A DNA stretch of 64,000 bases, taken from positions 43,152,001 through 43,216,000 of the forward strand of contig OZ024751.1 of the NCBI GenBank assembly GCA_964016885.1, in the 5' to 3' direction. The notes below the pieces were generated by a model. The model was not told the DNA's origin, did not search any database, and worked only from the letters and a program-made list of their open reading frames with translations. A program made the position numbers and the translations under genes. The DNA comes from Eledone cirrhosa. Lineage: Eukaryota. Shown piece by piece: positions 58,001-64,000 of this stretch (its first letter is position 1; every line of letters starts with the position of its first letter).

Positions 58001-59433
58001 TATATTTTCATGGTAAAAGGCTTTACCACACATAATTATCTCACATAATATCGAATCTATGAGATTTTGAAAGTATTTATTTTGAGAACAATACCTTAAC
58101 ATCAGTTTGAGTGACCAGTTACAGCCAGTTTCAACAGAAGGAGGTAGAGAATTCTGGCTGGTTAAATTATGCCGGTTAAATTATGCTCCAAACACCAGTT
58201 TAAATAATGGGAAAGTTGTAATACTAAATCCCTCCAAATTCTTAATTATTTCCGAAAATATTTGAAAAGCCATAAAAGATAAGTGGTTTTTTTTTTTTTT
58301 ATGAGAAATATAATGAAGAGTTAAGTTGAATATTATTATTGAAAAAAAGGAACAATAAAATATAAGGAAAAAAAAAAGGAATATCTTCTGAAACAAAAAC
58401 TAAACTGTTGAATTGTTACATTTCTAGATGGAGAAAAACAAGGGGTTGACCCGCTACAACAAGAAGGAAAAGTCCAACCCACGTGTGAAACACAGAAGAA
58501 AGTTCAAGAAGGCTAAAGTACGAAGGAAGGGACAGGTAAGCCTCCATTGTTTTTTTTATTTATTTAATTTTTTTTTTTCTGTAAATTAGTAGTGTTGGTG
58601 CCACAATAAAATGCACCCAGGCCACTATAAATTAGTAGTGTTGGTGCCACAATAAAATGCACCCAGGCCACTATAAATTAGTAGTGTTGGTGCCACAATA
58701 AAATGCACCCAGGCCACTATAAATTAGTAGTGTTGGTGCCACAATAAAATGCACCCAGGCCACTATAAATTAGTAGTGTTGGTGCCACAATAAAATGCAC
58801 CCAGGCCACTATAAATTAGTAGTGTTGGTGCCACAATAAAATGCACCCAGGCCACTATAAATTAGTAGTGTTGGTGCCACAATAAAATGCACCTAGGCCA
58901 CTATAAATTAGTGCTGGTGCCACAATAAGATGCACCCAGAACACTATAAATTAGTAGTGTTGGTGCCACAATAAAATGCACCCAACACGATCACTTTACA
59001 GAGTGGACTAGGTGCTTTTTGTTTTGGCACCACTTTACAAGGTTTACTGGATATTTTTTCGTGTCTTGGCCTCAGTATAAATCCTCCTTCAACTCTATTT
59101 TTATCTCTCTCTTTCTCTCCTCTCCCAATATATACTATTCCCATTTATACAGGGTGTCCCCCAAAAAATGTATACACACTTTGATTACCTGTAACAGGCA
59201 ATATTTATTAGAATGCTATTGAAGTGTGTATACATTTTCGGGGACACCCTGTATTTCTGTCTCCTTCCCAATATATGCTACTCCCACTCTTCCCGTTATC
59301 TGGTAACACCCTTCACTTCCATATCATTTGTTATCTGTTTCAGGTTCGACAACCAATGAAAGAGCTGAAGCGTTATGGCGGAGAATTGTTTGGTATTCGC
59401 TCTGGTGTACGGCACAGCGTCAAACTACAGTGA
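48057..59433 (+). CDS. UTP3: Something about silencing protein 10 / U3 snoRNP SSU processome component, ~443 aa; exons 48057-48064, 50366-50495, 50851-50901, 52456-52591, 52859-52930, 53809-53930, 54787-54864, 55256-55312, 55461-55576, 55982-56078, 56743-56879, 57620-57749, 58428-58535, 59344-59433
   Basis: Acidic N-terminus, WGDKKYSFYG, ESPELLEL, Sas10/Utp3/C1D region YCINVNFYL...HPIVTRL, and C-terminal KRAITYQMEKNKGLT..NPRVKHRRKFKKA..RRKGQVR..YGGE..GIR..SVKL. Phases are consistent; the exon-4 donor and 8-nt first exon are less certain. Confidence 0.93.
48249..48426. mobile_element. Mariner-type MITE (related copies ~11732-11928 and partial ~61630-61720)
   Basis: TA-CGAGGGTCGGATGAAAAGTTCAT ... 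ATGAACTTTTTATCCCACCCTCG; shared internal GACCAAGATACTCTCATGGAATGA. Confidence 0.65.
48688..48986. repeat. ~77-bp inverted repeat (48688-48764 / 48910-48986) in UTP3 intron 1
   Basis: TATCTCGTCCGATTCACTCG...CACTGTCTGACAA and its reverse complement; SINE tail fragment in the spacer; ends in (TA)n. Confidence 0.75.
49009..49139 (+). mobile_element. Family A element, internally deleted copy
   Basis: GACCCCGACGGCTGAGCTCCGGCCGTTTCG arm joined to TACCCTAAGTATCGAGTACTCTGGTGCG tail. Confidence 0.7.
49140..49760. mobile_element. Tail-to-tail SINE pair (GGAAGGGCATCCAGCCGTAGAAA family); further copies ~44010-44330, 46915-47440, 54155-54418
   Basis: Recurring GGCTGGATGCCCTTCCTAACACCAAC block and (CAT)n tails in opposite orientations. 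Confidence 0.65.
51657..52170 (+). mobile_element. Hammerhead-bearing Penelope-like element (family F)
   Basis: Starts after (TA)n with CAAGTTTTACC-A-GGTAAAACTTG palindrome, hammerhead at 51765, ends in short (TA)n; right boundary approximate. Confidence 0.5.
51765..51824 (+). ncRNA. Minimal type I hammerhead ribozyme motif in UTP3 intron 3
   Basis: TTTTAT-CTGATGA-GAGcaTACCAAA-gt-TTTGGTAccCTT-GAAA-TctaaactATA-ATAAAA: 6-bp stem I, long stem II, AUA triplet. Confidence 0.7.
53243..53735 (-). mobile_element. 5'-truncated non-LTR retrotransposon 3' end (Ingi/Vingi-like), frameshifted, in UTP3 intron
   Basis: LKSRRSFL...WKTLNRLRT.MGR....RWG....CGCG....TMQ.CLVCP C-terminal zinc-knuckle region split over two ORFs; short (GAA)n tail. 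Confidence 0.75.
54960..55150 (+). mobile_element. Family B fold-back element, diverged copy in UTP3 intron
   Basis: Arms ~54960-55007/55018-55065 share GGCTTCTACAGGACTAGAACTGTTTC with the 7.3 kb copy; same TACTCTGCTATG..GAGTACCTTACTTACTGTG tail. Confidence 0.7.
55595..55880. repeat. Degenerate 24-bp minisatellite in UTP3 intron
   Basis: CAACATTTCAAAGCTAC... units. Confidence 0.85.
58582..58985. repeat. 46-bp minisatellite, ~8.7 copies, in the last UTP3 intron
   Basis: TAAATTAGTAGTGTTGGTGCCACAATAAAATGCACCCAGGCCACTA. Confidence 0.93.
59150..59251. mobile_element. Tc1/mariner-type MITE (related copies ~30575-30678 and ~51215-51300)
   Basis: TA-CAGGGTGTCCC ... GGGACACCCTG-TA with extended internal palindromy. 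Confidence 0.75.
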
Positions 59434-59803
59434 TACTATGGTTTACTGCATCAAACTACACTGGTTTACTACATCAAACTACACTGGTTTACTACATCAA
59501 ACTACACTGATATACAGCATCAAACTACACTGGTTTACTACATCAAACTACACTGGTTTACTACATCAAACTACACTAGTTCACTACATCAAACTACACT
59601 GATATACAGCATCAAACTACACTAGTTCACTACATCAAACTACACTGGTTTACTACGTCAAGCTACACCGATATACAGCATCAAACTACACTGGTTTACT
59701 ACATCAAACTACACTGATATACTACATCAAACTACACTAGTTTACTACATCAAACTACACTGGTTTACTACGTCAAGCTACACTGGTTCACTACGTCAAG
59801 CTA
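59418..59803. repeat. 23-bp tandem repeat in the UTP3 3' UTR
   Basis: CATCAAACTACACTGGTTTACTA units beginning at the stop codon; AATAAA at ~59941. Confidence 0.9.
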
Positions 59804-62745
59804 AAACACACTTTAAACTATTTCTCAACTGTTAATGTGGTTTGTCTGCACATGCTTTGTGTCTACAAATATACATTAATTTATGTATATACACACCGTA
59901 TGTGTATAATGTATATATACTGGTACTCATGTCATTAAAAAATAAAATTATATCTTAAATCTGTTTTTGGTATTTTTTATTTATATCTAATTCTTTTTTA
60001 ATGCTCCATAATATTAGACATGTTATCCCCAACTTAACTATTGTTTCTCGTTGCTGAAGGTGCCTTGGAATTCGTTCCTTACTAAATAGTAAAGTATATA
60101 TATATGTTTACTTCCATTAAAACGAAATTCACGGGATATAACGGAAAAATTCTTTATAACGAGATCGACCGAAACAAATCAAGCGTTTGTTATTACCTCG
60201 GGGATTAAAAAAAAATTTGTTATACTGAAATATACGAATATTTGTTAAACTGTAATAATTGTTTCTACTTTAGGCACAAGGCCAGCAAAAACCCAGTGCA
60301 TCACTGGTACTTTATTTTATCGACCCCGTAAAGATGAAAGGCAAAGTCAACCTCGGCGGGATTTGAACTCAAATCGTAAAGGGACGTAACTATGCTGGAA
60401 AGCAAGGCCTCCGACCCTCTACCGATACTGCCAATCCACTAATGGGATGGTGTATTAAACCAATATTTAAACGAATAATATTGCTGATGAAACTAGGGGG
60501 AGGTACTCGTACATAAGGATTTATTCCCCCTGCCCATAATGGTTTATGAAATAATTTTTTCTCCAAATTACTTCCCTTGTAATTTTTTTTATTTTTGTAA
60601 CTTGAGTGCAGCACAAAAAATAAAAATATAAAACTGATATGGAATGAACCTCCGTCTATTTCGACGAAGAGTGTACCACGACGTGAGGTTGTGAGTTGAT
60701 TCCCAGATAGGGCGAGGTGTTATGTTCTTGAGCAAGACACTTTATTTTACATTATACTTTTTGCCATGGAAAGACCAATAATGGAAACAAGTTTCTTTGG
60801 TCCAATTTAACGAGTTCCACACTGGGATCGTGTTGATGGTTTCATAGAACCAGAAATGGAGAGGGGGTTGATTCCATTCCATGTGGAGTGGAGAGACCTG
60901 GGATGAGGTGATACAAGCCGATCTTACCCAATTGCACCTCTTAAAAAGGTGCAATTGGGTAAGATTGGGTGACCTCTGGCGTCACGCAGTAATACAGAAG
61001 AACCGACTTCCCACGGGTACAAGCCGAAGCTGAAGCATATAGACAATATGCTCCCCCCCCCCCCTCCACACACACACACACACACTGCAAAGTGGTTGTG
61101 GAGGTGCCACGGCAAAAAAGCACCCAGCCCACACTGTAAAGTGGAGGTGTAGACGCCATGGAGAAAAGGCATCCGGCACTCACTGTAAATGAGGTTGGTG
61201 TTAGGAAGGGCATCCAGCTGTAGAAATCAAGCCAGAATCAGTTCCAGTATGAACAAGACATGGTCAGCCGACCGGACACTGCCCACAACAGGACAACCGT
61301 CTAACCCATGTTAGCGTGGAAGAACGGACGTAAAACGGTGATGATGATGATGACGATCTATGGAGGGCCTTAATTCGTGGTCGAAGAGACGCAAAGTATT
61401 TCGTCGGACGCTCTAACGATTCCACCAATCCACGGTCTCTACTATTTTGGTTATTGACATCAAAGTATTATTAGCGTTCTGAGTTCAAATCCCGCCGAGA
61501 TTAACTTTCCCTTTCATCCTTACGGCGTCGATAAAATAAAGTACCAGTAATGTATTGGGGTCGATTTAATCGAATTTCCCCTCCCTCCAAATTCCTGGCC
61601 TTGAATCCGAAAATTTTGCCCCAAACAGAAAGAGTTGAAATTAATGTATGCAAGATTTCATAGCTCTAGCATCAATCCTTCATAGTCAGCCTATGAAATT
61701 TTCAGCTTCCCACCTCCCTACTATGAAATTTTCAGCCCACCACCCCCTACTATAAAATCTTCAGCCTCCCACCATCCTACAACTATGAAATTCTCAGCCC
61801 ACCCTCCTCTCGAGGTAAGACATATCTTTGTTATGGCATGATTAATTAGGATTAAGTCAAAGGTGAACTCCTGACATTTTCAAATTCTTACTTATTTTCT
61901 TTCCATTTCTAGTTTCTCTGCTTTCGATTTGATCTTTCACTAAAACATTCACAGACAAAACATTGCTTTCCTTAAGACGTCTGCCCAAGATTTACCGCAG
62001 TCCGCTAGTCTGGCAGAAACCTATCTTCTCTGCTTTCACTTCTAAAGAAAATAAACCATACGAGTTTATGTCTGTGCCTGTGTCTCTGTATGTGTGTGTA
62101 TCCGTAGATATCTATGTATGTATGTGTGTGTGTGTAAATATAGTCATACATACATACACACACACTTATACACACAATGTGAGAAACTGACAAAAGAATA
62201 CAATGTGAAAAGCGATAAAAAGATTTTCTTATGTATTTACACAAGTGTGTGAGTGTATATAATATACATATATATATATATAAGTATATGTATGTATGTA
62301 TATATATATGTATATATATATATATACATATACCTTTTTATATATATATATATGTATATATAAAGTATATATATATACGTACACGCACACATATATCATC
62401 ATCATCATCATCATCATTTTACGTCCGCTTTTCCCTGCTTGCAAGGGTGGGACAGGAACTGATTCTGGCTAGATTTCTACAGCTGGATGCCCTTCCTAAC
62501 ACCAACCTCATTTACAGTGAGTGCTGAGTGCTTTTTTGCCGTAGCACCTCCACGACCACTTTGCAGTGGAATGATATGGATCCCAGTCCCTATCATCTCA
62601 TTTCAACAGCTGAGTAAACTGGAGCAATGTGAAATAAAGTGTCTTGCTCAAGGAAACAACACATCACCCGGTCTGAGAATTGAACTCACAACCTTTCGAT
62701 TGCAAATAATAAAAAAAAATTATATATATATATATATATATATGC

Positions 62746-62794
<49 letters not shown>

Positions 62795-63082
62795 TATGTG
62801 TATATATGTATGTATAGAGTGAAGAAATATTTCTAGCTAAATATTTAAACAGATCTTATATATGTTCCGTCTTCCTCATACAATGTCTCCTTTGTTGAGG
62901 CAGTAGAGTTAAAAATGCCTCGTAAATTCAACACTTTTCACGCTTTCTCTAAACATTGCTTATGGGTGCTCCACCGACTCCGCTACATACTATATAAATA
63001 TGTGTGTATATGTATATATATATATATATATATGTGTGTATATATATATGTGTATATATATATATTTATATATATATATATA

Positions 63083-63274
63083 TAACAAAGGAATTATGGT
63101 AAGGAACCAGATGGACCATAAAGCACCAGAGTACTCAATACTTAGATTAGTAGAGTGGGAAATAGGAAAAAGTATGACCCCCGACGGCAGAGCTCAAGCC
63201 GTTTCGACGGCTATTTCTGGTCCAGAAATAGCCGTCGAAACGGCTTGAGCTCTGCCGTCGGGGTCATACTTTTT

Positions 63275-63280
<6 letters not shown>
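63083..63280 (-). mobile_element. Family A fold-back element
   Basis: Near-perfect ~58-bp arms 63162-63220/63222-63279, with reverse-complement tail on the left; in (TA)n. Confidence 0.75.
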
Positions 63281-63313
<33 letters not shown>

Positions 63314-63409
63314 CGTATATTTCTTATATATATATATATATATATATACGCGTACAGGCACACGCACATATACACGCATGCGCCCCACACACGTAGACAT
63401 ACACACGCC

Positions 63410-63459
<50 letters not shown>

Positions 63460-63859
63460 GCTGAATCATTGTAAAGCCATAACAAGTTATTGTATGAAAT
63501 TAAAAAAAGAAATTGACGTTTTAGTCCCCCCCCCCTCCCTCTACACCTCTTATTTGTTTTCTTTGCCATCCTTCGCTGTTATCAGAGACTGCCTGTCTGT
63601 CTGTCTGCCACACACATACACATACGTATACTCACATACACTGGCGCACACACACACACAACCACACATTGTCTCTCTTTCCCACACACTTTCTCTTTCT
63701 CCTTTCTGCTGGGTAATTTAATACAAATTATTATATATCCGTCTTATTTATAAGATTTATATCAATACATTTCATTGAATATATATATATATATATATAT
63801 ACATAGCAGCGATTCTTTACATACACACACACAGATATATATATATATATACACATATT

Positions 63860-64000
63860 ATAGGAAAAACTATGACCCCGACGGCAGAGCTCAAGCCGTT
63901 TCGACGGCTATTTCTGGAAGCGTTCAGAAATAGCCGTCGAAACGGCTTGAGCTCTGCCGTCGAGGTCATACTTTTTCCTATTTCCGACTCTACTACCCTA
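63860..64000 (+). mobile_element. Family A fold-back element, runs off the window end
   Basis: Arms ~63860-63981 followed by the start of the tail (ACTCTACTACCCTA). Confidence 0.75.

Overview
AT-rich, microsatellite-saturated, intron-containing animal genomic DNA. The SINE repertoire and long (TA)n/(CA)n/(CAT)n tracts suggest a coleoid cephalopod such as Octopus (inference). Four spliced protein-coding genes could be assembled by hand with consistent GT-AG phases: a 4-coding-exon microsomal cytochrome P450 (+, 23650-27864); a 2-exon YqaJ/lambda-exonuclease-family nuclease (+, 35805-37489); a 9-exon classical short-chain dehydrogenase (-, 39277-46281); and a 14-exon UTP3/SAS10 (+, 48057-59433) head-to-head with the SDR. 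Nearly all long ORFs in the supplied track are repeat artefacts. The rest consists of SINEs, MITEs (hAT, Tc1/mariner, piggyBac-like), a mini-Helitron, LINE fragments and several minisatellites. The most notable signal is a set of short non-coding elements from several sequence-unrelated families, mostly embedded in (TA)n tracts. They carry minimal type I hammerhead-ribozyme cores (three apparently complete, at 7282-7332 on -, 28386-28436 on + and 51765-51824 on +). Most have a fold-back inverted arm centred on or near the ribozyme and several share an ACTC...GAGT 3' hairpin. This fits non-autonomous Penelope-like or retrozyme-type elements.
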